From Phycisphaerales bacterium (GTDB lineage: Bacteria; Planctomycetota; Phycisphaerae; UBA1845; Fen-1342): DNA of 64,000 nt. Positions 19,977 through 29,942 of the stretch are shown piece after piece. Made by a program: the position numbers and the translations under genes. A model generated the notes under the pieces. That model made no database searches. It was given only the letters and a program-made list of their open reading frames with translations, and had not been told where the DNA came from. Each line of letters begins with the position of its first letter. Positions within the stretch are counted from its first letter, which is position 1. The stretch lies in the NCBI GenBank assembly GCA_003162245.1, contig PMMM01000196.1:8900-72899 (forward strand). Direction: 5' to 3'.

Positions 19977-21976
19977 ATGGGCTCCGCGGAGGGCGAAATG
20001 GCGGCCCCCCCAGCTCGGGCTGCAGACGCCGAAAAAGCAGCGCAGGACGTCCACGCACGGGACTGGCCGCGGCGCTGGGCCGGGCCCGGTCTCTGCGCGG
20101 TCGCCTTTCTCGTCATGGCGGCGATCAGTTGGCGGAAGTGGCCGGATCTGCTGATCGACTTCGGTCACGAGCTTTACATTCCGTGGCAGCTTGCCTCTGG
20201 CAAGGTGCTCTATCGCGATATCGCCTTTCTATTCGGGCCGTTCTCGCAGTACTTGAATGCGTTCTGGTTCAAGCTCTTCGGCGTGTCACTGAGCACGCTC
20301 GTTTTCTGCAACCTCGCGATCCTGGCCGGGATGACCATCCTCATCTACCGGCTGCTGGTAGAGGCGACTGACAGGTTGACGGCCACGGCGGCCAGCCTGA
20401 CGTTGCTGCTGGTGTTTGCGTTTGCTCAGTACATGATGATTGGAAACTACAACTATGTCTGTCCCTACTCTCATGAGGCCACGCATGGAGTAGCGCTCAC
20501 GGTGGCGATGATCTTCTGCCTTTCGAGGGCGGAATTGAGACGCCGGCGCCTGATGCATATTCTCGCGGGAATATGCTGCGGGTTCGCGCTGCTGACCAAG
20601 GCGGAAACATCGCTCGCGGCCTGCGCCGTCGCGATTGTGTGGCTGGTGCTGGGCCTCCTGGTGCGGCCGCAGCGAAGCCGTGTCGACGTTCGCGCAGTGT
20701 TTGGGTTTCTCGTCGCTGCCGCCGTTCCCGTGGTCGGCTTCTTCCTGTGGTTCTGGAGTAAGATGCCTGCGGTGCTGGCGCTGAAGGGGGTTGCCAGCGC
20801 GTGGACTGTGCCGTTGAGCAGCTCCGCGGCTCACAACCTCTTTCACGAGCAGGGTATGGGGTTGGATGACGTGCGCGGCAACCTGCTGCTGGCCTTGGCA
20901 GTTTTCGGCGGGATCGCGCTGGCGGTGATCGCCGCTGGCGGCGCCGATGTCGCTACCCGGCGGCTCGCCGCCGGGCGAGCGGTCGTCGGGTTGGCGTGGG
21001 AGGCGTTGTGTTCGCCGCGCTGCTGTGCCGGCCTGCGCTGATTCCACGGCAAAACATCGGCCCGGCGCTGCCGCTGACGACGCTTGTGGCGTGGGCGGGG
21101 CTGTTGATCGCGCTCATCAGGTGCCGCCGGGACTCGGCGGCCGTCACCCGGCTGATGCCGCTGGTTCTCTGGAGCACGTTTGCGGGCGTTATGCTGAGCA
21201 AGATGCTCCTCAACGCGCGGCTGCATCACTACGGGTTCTACCTGGCGATGCCGGCGACGTTGACGCTGGTCGTCAGCTTGATCTGGGCGGTGCCACGGTT
21301 GCTCCGGCGGGGGCCGCGCGGGGCGCCCCTATTCCGCGGCTTGGCGTTTGCGGGGGTGGCCGCCAGTGCCGTCGCGTACGCGCGCTTATCCTGCGCTTAT
21401 TACGCGGTGAAGGGCTACCAGGTTGGCCGCGGCGGCGACGCCATCAGCACCTATGTGCCGGAAGTATCTGGTGTCGGACTCGCCGTCAATGAGGCCTTGG
21501 CGTGGATCGAGCACAACACGGCGCCGGAGGCTGGTCTTGTCGCGTTTCCCGAGGGCATCATGTTGAACTACCTCTCCCGGCGGGTTGATCCGACGCCCTA
21601 TACCAATTTCATGATGGTCGAGCTGCAGGCTTTCGGCGAGGACGCCATCCTGGCCGGCCTGCGCGCGCACCAGCCCGATTTCGTCGTCCTCGTGCACAAG
21701 GACACCAGCGAGTTCGGCGTCCGCTTCTTCGGCACCGACCCGCGCTACGGAAAGACGATCATGGACTGGATCAAGGCCGAATACGAGAATGCGCAGCGGA
21801 TCGGATTCGAGCCCCTGAAGGACGAACGCTTTGGGATCAAGATCCTCAAACGCCGCGCGGGCGTGCATGCCACGCGCGTAGACGGCGACGATCGCCGTCG
21901 GGCTGGTGCGGAGCGTGTCAACGCCGCGCATCCTTCGCGGGCGATCGAGGACTGCCCGCTCGATCGGAGCCTGTAG
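19977..21976 (+). pseudogene. GT-C-like (ArnT/PMT-type) polytopic membrane glycosyltransferase, split by a 1-bp deletion near 20995
   Basis: DFGHELYIPWQLASGKVLYRD first loop; many TM helices continue across two overlapping ORFs (19977-21041 and 20996-21976); soluble C-terminal domain. Confidence 0.65.
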
Positions 21977-22085
21977 CGGGACGAATGGCTCGCGAGGTCA
22001 TGTACAACCCCGCGAGTGCGGCGTGCCGGCGAGCAGAGAGACGCAAGGCCGACGGTCGCGACCGCATTGAGTGGAACACGGCACT

Positions 22086-22817
22086 ATGAACAAGCACGTT
22101 CTGGCGTATCGACTGGTTTCGGCGGCGCTGGTTGGAATCCTCGTGTTCGCCGCCTGCATGGGGCTGACCTCGGGCGTCCGCCGGCTGGGTTGGTCGACGT
22201 CAGCGATGACCGATCAACTCTGGCTCAAGCTCGCGCTGATTGTGATTTCCGGAGCGATCTTCGCGGTGCTACGGCGGCCGTGGAGCGAGTTCGGGCTGGT
22301 CAGGCCCCGTTGGGGGCGCGGCGATGCGTGGTGGTTCGTCCTGGCGGCTGTCGCGATGGCCGTGGTGTCGATCGTCATGGTCCTCTTGGGCGAGCGACAT
22401 CCGCTGATGCGCGAACTCTCTTTCCCGCAGATCGTGCTCGTCGTGTGGCTGCTGAGCAGCGTGGCGGAGGAGGTCTTCGTGCGCGGGTTGGTCCAGGGAT
22501 TGGCGACGCCCGGCGGGGCGGCCGGCGCGCGAGCCAGCCGGCTGCTTCCGCCCGTCGTCCTTTCGGCCGCGTTCTTCGCGGCCATGCACGTGCCGCTGAT
22601 CTGGCGCGGCGCGGGGGTGCGCGGCGGGTTGATCATCGTGATTACGATGTTCGTCGTCGGTTGGGGGGCCGCCGAGTTACGTGCGCGCACAGGCAGCCTG
22701 CTGCCGGCGGTGCTGGCGCACATTGGCGGCAACGTCGCCGGGGTGCCCGGCGGAATCCTCGGTGTGGTCATCTACCGGCTGGTCCACGGCCAGATGCCAA
22801 ACTTGACCGGCGGCTGA
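22086..22817 (+). CDS. CPBP (Abi/CAAX type II) intramembrane glutamic protease
   Basis: EEVFVRG, FAAMH and AHxxxN motifs in a hydrophobic protein. Confidence 0.88.
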   Translation: MNKHVLAYRLVSAALVGILVFAACMGLTSGVRRLGWSTSAMTDQLWLKLALIVISGAIFAVLRRPWSEFGLVRPRWGRGDAWWFVLAAVAMAVVSIVMVLLGERHPLMRELSFPQIVLVVWLLSSVAEEVFVRGLVQGLATPGGAAGARASRLLPPVVLSAAFFAAMHVPLIWRGAGVRGGLIIVITMFVVGWGAAELRARTGSLLPAVLAHIGGNVAGVPGGILGVVIYRLVHGQMPNLTGG

Positions 22818-23013
22818 GTCACGGCGCAAAGCGCGCAAATCGGGTTGTCTCGCGGCTTTCGGCGGCAAGGAGTGCATCAATGCGACACACGTGTCGGAAG
22901 CGATACAGTACCGGGGGCTGGGTCGGAGGCTGTAGGTTGGGTCAGAGGGTTTGACGCCGCGGTCGAGCGGGCGTGCGAAGCCGACGACCGTCTTATCGAA
23001 CGGGGCGGTTGGT

Positions 23014-23826
23014 TCAGCGCCGCGGCGGCCTCAACAGGACCAGGAAGAGGAGCAGCGTGGTCGGTTCCGGCACGTCCCCAAGGCGCTCGACGAGAGTACC
23101 CGACGCTCCGGGCGTCAGCACGAGTTGCCACTCCCAAAAGCCGCTGAAGTCGTCGTTGGTGAGTGGCAAGCCGGTGTTGTTGGCGTTCGTCACGCTGGGG
23201 TCGGCCAGACCAAGCCGGGACGCGGTGAAGGGCCCGACTTTGTAGCCGACGTTTGCGCCGTAGCCCTGGAAATCCGCAGACACCGTCGGGCTGGGGTAGT
23301 CCCCGGTGACGCGCATGAGATCCGGACTGATCAAGGTCGCGCTGTCGCCGAAGAACGAGCCGTTCAGGTCGAAGTCGGTGTAATTGAACAGATTCAGCGT
23401 GAGCGGGGCGGCGGTCGTATTCCGTACGGTGAGCACCTCGACCATGCTCGCGTTGGTCGGGGAAGTGGCTTGGAGGTGGTACTCCAGGTCGGCGGTGAAT
23501 TGCGGAAACACCCAACTCGTGACCGCCCGGTTGGCCGCCGGTATCTGCGTGCCCGTCGCGTTGTAGAACGCGGTCTGGCGCGACTCGCCCGCCACGCGAT
23601 ACCACCACCAGTTCTGAAAGAGCTGGTCCGTGCCCGTCGCGCCGCCGCTGAGGCGAAAATCCGTGCTGCTGACGCCGCCGCCCGTGCCACTCGTGGGGCT
23701 GTCGGATTGCCGGAACACCGCGCCGCCGTCGGTCAATGTGAACCCGGTGCCGGCCTGGGCCAGGGCCAGGGTCGCACCGCAACTGACGAGCAGCGCGGCG
23801 ATCGTCTTGCGAGTTGCCATCTTCAT
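23014..23826 (-). CDS. PEP-CTERM sorting-domain surface protein
   Basis: Signal peptide; Thr/Asn/Gly-rich beta domain; C-terminal VPEPTTLLLFLVLLRPPRR. Confidence 0.85.
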   Translation of the reverse strand: MKMATRKTIAALLVSCGATLALAQAGTGFTLTDGGAVFRQSDSPTSGTGGGVSSTDFRLSGGATGTDQLFQNWWWYRVAGESRQTAFYNATGTQIPAANRAVTSWVFPQFTADLEYHLQATSPTNASMVEVLTVRNTTAAPLTLNLFNYTDFDLNGSFFGDSATLISPDLMRVTGDYPSPTVSADFQGYGANVGYKVGPFTASRLGLADPSVTNANNTGLPLTNDDFSGFWEWQLVLTPGASGTLVERLGDVPEPTTLLLFLVLLRPPRR

Positions 23827-23880
23827 TCCTCTCTCGAGGCGCCCACGATCCGTCTGCGTGACACGCGCGCCGCGCCTACG

Positions 23881-24396
23881 TCAGGGAGGCGGCGGGAAAA
23901 TACCGAACAGCGCGATGATGAACGTCAACGGCAGGTACGGCTGCATGTTGTCGTGCGGCTGTCCGCTGCCTGCCGTGCCGATGGCCTGCGGCGCCAAGGT
24001 CGCCGATGTCGGCGGTGGTGCGTAGGCCAACTCCTGTCCAGCGGCCAGCACGTTGTTCGCGGGCGTGGTGCTGGTCGCCGTGTACGGCGTTCCAACCATG
24101 TTGTGAGTATGCGGCGGTAGCTGCGTTGAGGTCAGCGCCACGGTTTCCGAGCCAAAGACGTCGCCCATGTTCCGCGGCGTAAGCCCCGGGCCTGCGCCAA
24201 GGCCGACTGGTGCCCGGCCGTTGAGGTTGGGCAAGCCGAAGGTCGTCTGGCCGTTGCCGCCGAACGTGGTGCCCAGGAGCGAGAACAGGGCCGTGTTCTG
24301 GTTGATGGGCATGAGCTGGCCCTGGCACAGAGCCCAGTTCGTGGGGGCGAAGCCACCGGCGAAAATGCGGATTTCTCCAATGAACGGTTCAGCCAC
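23881..24396 (-). CDS. Phage tail-collar domain protein (microcystin-dependent protein-like), paralog 3
   Basis: PFIGEIRIFAG..WALCQGQ..ALFSLLGTTFGGNG..LPNLNGR; PPHTH; HDNMQPYL..FIIALFGIFP. Confidence 0.9.
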   Translation of the reverse strand: MAEPFIGEIRIFAGGFAPTNWALCQGQLMPINQNTALFSLLGTTFGGNGQTTFGLPNLNGRAPVGLGAGPGLTPRNMGDVFGSETVALTSTQLPPHTHNMVGTPYTATSTTPANNVLAAGQELAYAPPPTSATLAPQAIGTAGSGQPHDNMQPYLPLTFIIALFGIFPPPP

Positions 24397-24940
24397 GGGG
24401 ACCTCCCTTCAGCGCTCGGGTGGTGGGCGACGTTCGAAGCAAGCCTTGACTCGGGAAAATCCCTAGCAGCGCGATAATGAAGTTCAAGCACAGTGACGGT
24501 TGGCAGTTGTTGTGGGGCTGCCCGCCGCCGGTGGCCCCGACATCGAGCGCGTTGAACGGCGTGAGATTGCCGGGCGCCGCGTACAGTGCGTTGTCGCCTA
24601 CCTGGGCGAAGACTTGCCCGTTAGACTGCGGCTGCGTGGCCGCGTCTGTGGACCCCGCGAGCGTGTGCGTGTGGGACGGGACCTGGTTGCCGATCAGCGT
24701 CACGGACTCCGTGCCCTCCGATGCACCAGGGGGATACTCGTTCGTCGCGTGGATCGGCACGCGTCCGCGCAGGTCCGGCAGGCCGAAGTTGCTCGTCCCG
24801 TTTCCGCCAAACGTCGTGCCCAGCAGAGAAAACAACGCCGTGTTCTGCGAAATGGTGAGAAGTCGTCCGTCGCAGGGCGCCCAGCCCTGCGGGGCGAAAT
24901 TGAATCCGCATAACCGTATCTCGCCAATGAATGGATCCAT
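24389..24940 (-). CDS. Phage tail-collar domain protein, paralog 2
   Basis: MDPFIGEIRL..WAPCDG..LPDLRGRVP; PSHTH; HNNCQPSL..FIIALLGIFPSQG. Confidence 0.9.
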   Translation of the reverse strand: MDPFIGEIRLCGFNFAPQGWAPCDGRLLTISQNTALFSLLGTTFGGNGTSNFGLPDLRGRVPIHATNEYPPGASEGTESVTLIGNQVPSHTHTLAGSTDAATQPQSNGQVFAQVGDNALYAAPGNLTPFNALDVGATGGGQPHNNCQPSLCLNFIIALLGIFPSQGLLRTSPTTRALKGGPRG

Positions 24941-24953
24941 GGCCACGCACTCC

Positions 24954-25472
24954 TTAACCTTGCGACGGGAATATGCCCTGCAGGGCAATGATGAACCTCA
25001 CGGCGAGAAACGGCTGCTGATTCGGGTGCGACTGGCCGCCTCCGAAGGGCTGAAGGGCGCCGGAGTACATCGGTACGAGGTTTCCCGGCGCTCTGTAACT
25101 CGGGCTGGCCGTGCTGGCCGGGACGCCGGCGACGCCGCTCTTGAGTGTCGCGTCGGCCGCACTGCCAAGCGCGGCGTGATTGTGCTGTGCGAGCTCGGCG
25201 GTCGAGAGCGTGTGGGTGGCGGCACCGCCCGGCACGCCGAGGATGCGATTCGCGCTGCCCCCCGGGGCGACGCCCGTGCCGATGGGCACGCGGGCGCGCA
25301 AATCCGGCAGCGCAAACGTGGTTGTGCCGTCGCCGCCGTATGTTGTCCCGAACACCTGAAACAACGCCTGGTTTTGGGCAATGGAGAGCAATTGGCCTTC
25401 GCAGAAGGCCCAGCCCACCGGCGGAAAGTTGAAGCCGGTCATGCGAATCTCGGCCAAGAACGGTTCAGCCAT
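24954..25472 (-). CDS. Phage tail-collar domain protein, paralog 1
   Basis: MAEPFLAEIRM..WAFCEG..LPDLRARVP; AQHNH; HPNQQPFL..FIIALQGIFPSQG. Confidence 0.9.
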   Translation of the reverse strand: MAEPFLAEIRMTGFNFPPVGWAFCEGQLLSIAQNQALFQVFGTTYGGDGTTTFALPDLRARVPIGTGVAPGGSANRILGVPGGAATHTLSTAELAQHNHAALGSAADATLKSGVAGVPASTASPSYRAPGNLVPMYSGALQPFGGGQSHPNQQPFLAVRFIIALQGIFPSQG

Positions 25473-25502
25473 GGGCGACTCCTTCGCAAGCTCGACCGCG
25501 CG

Positions 25503-25937
25503 TTACAGGGCCGCCGGCGGGGGCGCCGAAACCAAATGCGTGAAGACCGCCTGGTACACGAAGCCGTCCGCGTCCTGCCCGACTGGCACGATGAACAGGG
25601 ATAGCGAACCCATCTGCGGGTGCGTGAACGTGTAGGTGTCCTGCGCGAGCGGCTGGTCGGCGGCCCCGTGGAAGTACGCGGAGTACCCCTCGAATTGCCC
25701 GGCCACCCGACGCTCCGACACGCTGGTCAGTGTGAGCGCCACCGGCGTCGGCGTCTGCACGACGAACGTCGAGCGCACGTGCTGGGCAAATCGATCCCGC
25801 CCGAGCGGCGTCATGTCTGGTTGGGGAAGCGGCTGTACGAGCGGTAACGCCTGTTTACCGACCTCGGCGGTCCGCGGGATGAGCGTGCCCGCACATGCCG
25901 CCGTAGTAGTGACGAGGAACTCACGTCGTGAAACCAT
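25503..25937 (-). CDS. DUF6916-like protein with Tat signal
   Basis: SRREFL signal; YSAYFHG..LAQDTYTFTHPQMGSLSLFIVPVG..YQAVF matches the family typically found beside tail-collar triplets. Confidence 0.75.
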   Translation of the reverse strand: MVSRREFLVTTTAACAGTLIPRTAEVGKQALPLVQPLPQPDMTPLGRDRFAQHVRSTFVVQTPTPVALTLTSVSERRVAGQFEGYSAYFHGAADQPLAQDTYTFTHPQMGSLSLFIVPVGQDADGFVYQAVFTHLVSAPPPAAL

Positions 25938-25959
25938 GGCGTTCTTCCTTTCCCGGGGA

Positions 25960-26472
25960 CTACGTTGACGTTGCGCCCGCAGGCACGGATGTCGCGGGCT
26001 GCCGCTCGGCGTGCCATTCCATTTCGGTGTAGACCGCATCCTCTCGTTGGCAAACGAATCCAAGCCGCTCGTAGAACCGGCGCGCGGGGCTGGACGTGAG
26101 CACGTTCAGCCGCACGGGCCGCCGCTGCTGATGCGCTTCGTCCAGCACCTTCATCATCAGCACGGAACCGATGCCCTGGTTGCGCGAGGATGGCAGCAGG
26201 GCCACATCGACCACGCGGACTTCCTCTGCATCGCGGTGGACCAGCACGGCTCCGATTGGTTCCCCCGCTAACTCGACGATCTCGCCCCGTGCGTCGCCAA
26301 AACGCTCCGCGTACGCGCGGGCTCGCGCGCGGTATTGCATTTCCAGGAAAGCCTGCCGCACCTCGGCCGGCCAACCCGCCGCGTCGAACTCGCTCTGACG
26401 CGTGCTCGCGTAGAGCGCGAACAAAAAGGGCTCGTCTTCCAACCGCGCACCACGAATCCGGAGAGCACTCAT
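25960..26472 (-). CDS. GNAT family N-acetyltransferase
   Basis: VDVALLPSSRNQGIGS acetyl-CoA motif; PARRFYERLGF. Confidence 0.9.
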   Translation of the reverse strand: MSALRIRGARLEDEPFLFALYASTRQSEFDAAGWPAEVRQAFLEMQYRARARAYAERFGDARGEIVELAGEPIGAVLVHRDAEEVRVVDVALLPSSRNQGIGSVLMMKVLDEAHQQRRPVRLNVLTSSPARRFYERLGFVCQREDAVYTEMEWHAERQPATSVPAGATST

Positions 26473-26721
26473 ATCAAGCCCGGCGGGGTGCGCGCAGCTA
26501 CGTGTGCCACTCCAAAAAGCAGTGGAGCGTCGGACAGGTCGCCAGCGCGCGAACTATCGGATGCTAGGCCCGCCCACGGGCGAAAGGCAAAATGCGCGTC
26601 GCGCGTTTTTTCGCGGGGCGCCGCGCGTCAACAGTACCCATGCCTGCATCGACCGAGCCGGCGCAAAACGCGGCGGGGGCTCGGACAGACGGCTCGCCGC
26701 AGGCGCGAGCCGGGCTCGTGC

Positions 26722-29097
26722 TCAAGACCCGCTGGTCAGCACCTGGAACGCGGCGAAGTCTGCCAAGTCCACGTCGGAGTCGTCGTTCAAGTCGGAAGCG
26801 GCGAAGAGCACGGGATCGACGCCCGGGGGAGGCGTGGACACGTCCGGGCCGTTCACGCACTGGGCGAAGAGCGCCAGATCACTGTGGTTCACAACGCCGT
26901 CGGAGTTGAGGTCCCCCAGCGGCGGGACGACGAACGTGATGACCCCGTTGCCGCCGGCCACACCGTTGCCGCTTGGCAGCGAGGCGGGGCTCGCCGGGTT
27001 GGCGATCTCGCCGTCGAGTTGAATGCTCGCGGCGGTCGTCCGGATGGTGTCCTTGACGGTGAGCGTGTACGCGCCGCCCGGCAGGGGGGTGCCGCAGTTC
27101 AGCGTCGCAGTGAAGTTCGTGGCCGAATAACTGAGCGTGAAGGGCACCGCTCCGGCGGCCGAATTGAGGGTGAAATCGGAGGCGGCGGCCGAGACGTTCT
27201 CGCTGAACGTCACCGTGACGGCCGACGGGGAGCTGGCCAGCGGCACGATGGCGCCCGGCTGCGGCGATATTTGCACAATCTTAGCGGGGCCGTTCACGTA
27301 GCTTTCCGACGTCTTGGCCGTCGTCAGGATCCACGCGTTCTCGTCGAGCACGATCGACGTGGCGGGCGCGGCGATCGGGACAACGAACCACTGCGTCAGG
27401 GCGTTGTCGAAAACCGTGTATGTCTGGTTCCCGCTGGCGAAGTTCACGCGCACGTCGATCGGCATCGTGTACGTGCCGTAGCTCGTCGATTGTGTTTGCC
27501 GGACGCGCAGGCGGAGGTAGTTCTGCCCGTTGATGTTCACGGTCTGCCAGCCGGACGCGTACGCCGGCGCGCCGATGCCGTAGACCCACTCGTTGAAGAA
27601 CCAGGACAGGTCGTGCCCGTAGCCGGCGGCGGCTTTCGCGGCGAACTGGTCGGTCGTCGCGGCGGAGCCCTCGTACGCGGTGCGGTACGCGGCCAGGATG
27701 TTGAAGAACGTGGTATCGCCGACCACGTGGCGGAGCTGATGCAGCACCCAGCCACCTTTGTAGTAGGTGAAGTCGGTGCTGAAGATGCGGTTAACGTCCG
27801 TCGTGTCGTAGCAGTAGACGCTGCCGTTCACCGTGCTGGGCCGACGGCTGGCCATGGCGTTGAAGAGCGCCGTCAGGCCGGTCGAGCCGGGCTTGCGCTC
27901 ATACCACAACGCTTCCGAGTAGTCCGCGAAGCCCTCGTTGAGCCAGATGTCGTTCCAGGTCTTGCACGTGATCGCATCGCCCCACCACTGGTGGCTGAGC
28001 TCGTGCACGTTGACCGACTCACTGAACACGCCCTCGCCGGTGTTGGTCTGATGCTCCATTCCGCCGCTGAAGGCGAACTGGTAAATCCCGTATTTCTCGC
28101 CGATAAACGGGTACAGGCCGTAGATTGTGCGGTACACGTCGAGCGCCGTGAGGACGATTCCCCACGAATTGCGGTGCGCGGTGGTGTCGCTGGCCGGGTA
28201 GATGTTGAACTCGACGGGCATCGTGCCGGTCCCGTAGTTGTACGTCTGCGTCCAGGTGTTGTAGTTCGTGGTGGAGAAGCAGACCAGATACGGGGCGATG
28301 GGGTAGTTGGTGGCCCAGTGATAGCGCGCGCGGTTGCCGGACAATGTGTCGGTGCCCTGCCACAGCCCGTTCGAGACCGTCCGCAGCGTGCTGGGCGCCG
28401 TGACCGCCAGCTCCACGGTCGCCTTGTCGCTGTTGTCGCCTGACAGACCGGCGTCGCCATCCTTCACCGGCCACCACGTGTACGCGTAATACGGCTCGCT
28501 CAACGTGAAGACCAGGGGCTGGCCGTTCTGCGTCGTGAAGTTAATCGACCCGAAGCCGCCCGCGTTGGCCGTGCCGCTGTACGTGACCGTCAGAGTGAAC
28601 TCGTCGCCGACATTGTAGGCGTGATCGAGCGTGACGACGCGCGTCGTCGTGCTGGCCGTCGTTACGGTTACCGGCGTCGCGCCGTTGATCACCGCCGAGC
28701 ACGTGTACTGGTTCTGGAGCCGGAACGTGAACTGCGTGAGCCCGTTGATCAGGCTCCGCACGGTCATCGTGTTCGTGCCGGCGATGTGTGAGGTGCTCGG
28801 CAGGATCTCGATGTCGAGGTTGTAGTGCAGGACGTCCGTATCGCCGAGCGCTTCGCGTTCGGTCGCCAGACTCTGCTCATCGGTCGGCGGCAGGCCAGCC
28901 AGGAAGCGGGCCGCGAGCGCCTGACCCTTGCCGCAGCCGACAATCGGCCCGCAGTCGTCGTCGGTGGCGCACGGAATGGCGGGCGGCGGCGGCTCCGCCA
29001 AGAGAGCGTCCTGCGCCACGGCGCCGGAAACGGCACCGATCGTGAGCAAGGCTGCAATAATCGCTCCCCGGGCGACGCAAAGTCGCACGCTACGCAT
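26722..29097 (-). CDS. Secreted M1-family aminopeptidase with Ig-like domain and C-terminal dockerin-like repeat
   Basis: GGMEH, HELSHQWWGD..WLNEGFA, YYKGGWVLHQLR; VTVTFSENV Ig-like segment; GDLNSDG..DLNDDSDVDLADF. Confidence 0.9.
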   Translation of the reverse strand: MRSVRLCVARGAIIAALLTIGAVSGAVAQDALLAEPPPPAIPCATDDDCGPIVGCGKGQALAARFLAGLPPTDEQSLATEREALGDTDVLHYNLDIEILPSTSHIAGTNTMTVRSLINGLTQFTFRLQNQYTCSAVINGATPVTVTTASTTTRVVTLDHAYNVGDEFTLTVTYSGTANAGGFGSINFTTQNGQPLVFTLSEPYYAYTWWPVKDGDAGLSGDNSDKATVELAVTAPSTLRTVSNGLWQGTDTLSGNRARYHWATNYPIAPYLVCFSTTNYNTWTQTYNYGTGTMPVEFNIYPASDTTAHRNSWGIVLTALDVYRTIYGLYPFIGEKYGIYQFAFSGGMEHQTNTGEGVFSESVNVHELSHQWWGDAITCKTWNDIWLNEGFADYSEALWYERKPGSTGLTALFNAMASRRPSTVNGSVYCYDTTDVNRIFSTDFTYYKGGWVLHQLRHVVGDTTFFNILAAYRTAYEGSAATTDQFAAKAAAGYGHDLSWFFNEWVYGIGAPAYASGWQTVNINGQNYLRLRVRQTQSTSYGTYTMPIDVRVNFASGNQTYTVFDNALTQWFVVPIAAPATSIVLDENAWILTTAKTSESYVNGPAKIVQISPQPGAIVPLASSPSAVTVTFSENVSAAASDFTLNSAAGAVPFTLSYSATNFTATLNCGTPLPGGAYTLTVKDTIRTTAASIQLDGEIANPASPASLPSGNGVAGGNGVITFVVPPLGDLNSDGVVNHSDLALFAQCVNGPDVSTPPPGVDPVLFAASDLNDDSDVDLADFAAFQVLTSGS

Positions 29098-29942
29098 GAG
29101 AACGCTCCGTTTCCACCTTCCGGATAACTGGCTCGCACAAAGCCGCTACTTCTCGGATACGCCCCCGAACGCTTGAAGTCAAGGAAAATGTGGGTAGAGC
29201 GGGCAGACGGACGTCGTGACAAGATCGACGGGCGCGCCGCGCGCCGGGCCCCAGGGGGCCGTAATGACCAGGTCGGTGAGCGGCACGTGGTAGCTGCTGG
29301 ATTCTGGAAGCGGGCTTAAGACCGCCCACGTGCTCAGCTTACTGGCCGGGCCCCGCGAATCTGGTGGGACGGTTAGGCGGCGTGAGCGAAATAGCGCAGG
29401 TCCCACCTTCGCACCGATTGGTAACGCGGAACATCGCATAACCTGCCGGGGCGCATCGGGGGTCTGCCGGAGCGCCTGGTCGCCCTGGACGCGGCGACCT
29501 GTGTTCAGATGCGGCGGCCTGATGGAGTAGCTGCTGGGACTGCTCGTCTCCAAGCACCTCGGGGTAACGACGTGCCGCCCGTTCGAGCAAAACTGGCCGA
29601 ACTTCTACGGGACTGGCCGCCGGATCGGTCCGCAGACGGTCCGGCACTCGCCACGATGGCGCAGAAAACAGCTCCGGCGATCCGTGCGGACCTGCGGCGG
29701 GCACGAGCCCGGTCGATCAAGGCGACGCGCGATCATAAGGAACGCCAGCAGCGCTGAGACTCCGAGTTTCCGGGCGAAGGTGACGGCGCCGGTGTCCGGG
29801 CGCGATAGCTTCATGGCGATGGATCGACGTCGATATCGTCCAGCCCCGGCCGGAAGCGCTGCAGGCCGCACCGCTGGGGTCTTGCGGTACACGCGTCGGC
29901 GGGCCTGGGATGTGCAGCGAATGCGAGCGCGGATTGCGACCG

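Noticed and set aside
23881..25472. Prophage, tailocin or eCIS
   Set aside because: No sheath, tube, baseplate, capsid, terminase or lysis genes in the window
26491..26510. Sigma54 promoter for the collar cassette (also TGGCAC at about 56349)
   Set aside because: GG-to-GC spacing is 11 and 9 nt respectively, not the required 10
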